DNA of 64,000 bases from contig JAJYSM010000001.1 of assembly GCA_021793575.1 (NCBI GenBank), positions 3,371 through 67,370 on the forward strand. The letters run 5' to 3'. The position numbers and the translations under genes were made by a program. The notes under the pieces were generated by a model. It did not search any database. It was given only the letters and a program-made list of their open reading frames with translations, and was not told the origin of the DNA. The stretch is from Pseudomonadota bacterium. Its GTDB lineage: Bacteria; Pseudomonadota; Gammaproteobacteria; Xanthomonadales; Rhodanobacteraceae. This document shows positions 63,709 through 64,000 of this stretch, in pieces. Position 1 is the first letter of the stretch. The number at the start of each line of letters is the position of its first letter.

Positions 63709-64000
63709 TCATTCCTCGCGGGCAGAGGAGGCGCACGCCGCGATCCACTCGCGCGCAAAAACCTGCAGCTGCGGAAAGAAAGCCTCGAAATGCCCCTGCA
63801 GCTCCGCCTCGTGCGCCAGCAGCACCGGCAGCGCCGAGGCCAGCGGATTGACACGGCGCAGGCGCTGGCCGATGCCGGCGAGCGCCTGCGCCAGCACCGC
63901 GCGATCGGCATAGCCGGCCGGCAGCTGGTGCGCATCCATGTAGTCGCGAAAGCGCCGCAGCGCGGGCGGCAGCAGCGCATCGTGGTGCTGCAGCAGGGCG
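63709..64000 (-). CDS. acpH: ACP phosphodiesterase (AcpH/DUF479), C-terminal part
   Basis: ALAGIGQRLRRVNPLASA...LQGHFEAFFPQL C-terminal pattern; the 5' end lies outside the window. Confidence 0.7.
   Translation of the reverse strand, partial: ALLQHHDALLPPALRRFRDYMDAHQLPAGYADRAVLAQALAGIGQRLRRVNPLASALPVLLAHEAELQGHFEAFFPQLQVFAREWIAACASSAREE

Overview
High-GC gammaproteobacterial chromosome segment. Gene order (purD, tsaC, topA, dprA, lysM, def-fmt-rsmB, glycosyltransferases, aceK, ntrBC, mdtABC) and the REP type suggest Xanthomonadales, probably Rhodanobacteraceae; this is inferred, not searched. Two accessory regions stand out. (1) 23.2-34.2 kb is a compact methanol/formaldehyde oxidation module. 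It holds a lanthanide-type PQQ dehydrogenase XoxF (D-Y-D motif), XoxJ, a two-heme cytochrome that fuses a c551/cH-like domain to an XoxG-like domain, frmA, a small ORF, gfa and a TonB receptor. A GAF sigma-54 activator lies at the far end and a clear -24/-12 promoter sits upstream of xoxF. (2) 41.6-48.3 kb is a lower-GC defence-type islet. It holds a RelE/HTH toxin-antitoxin pair and an Xre/RES pair bracketed by 37-bp direct repeats that copy the 3' end of a neighbouring gene. It also carries two hypothetical genes (one amber-interrupted), a single ORF fusing HTH + Dcm-like 5mC methyltransferase + HNH nuclease with a visible codon-usage junction, and a P-loop ATPase-wHTH. No CRISPR, tRNA, rRNA, integrase or transposase was recognised. 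All family calls come from motif recognition by eye; no database searches were run.
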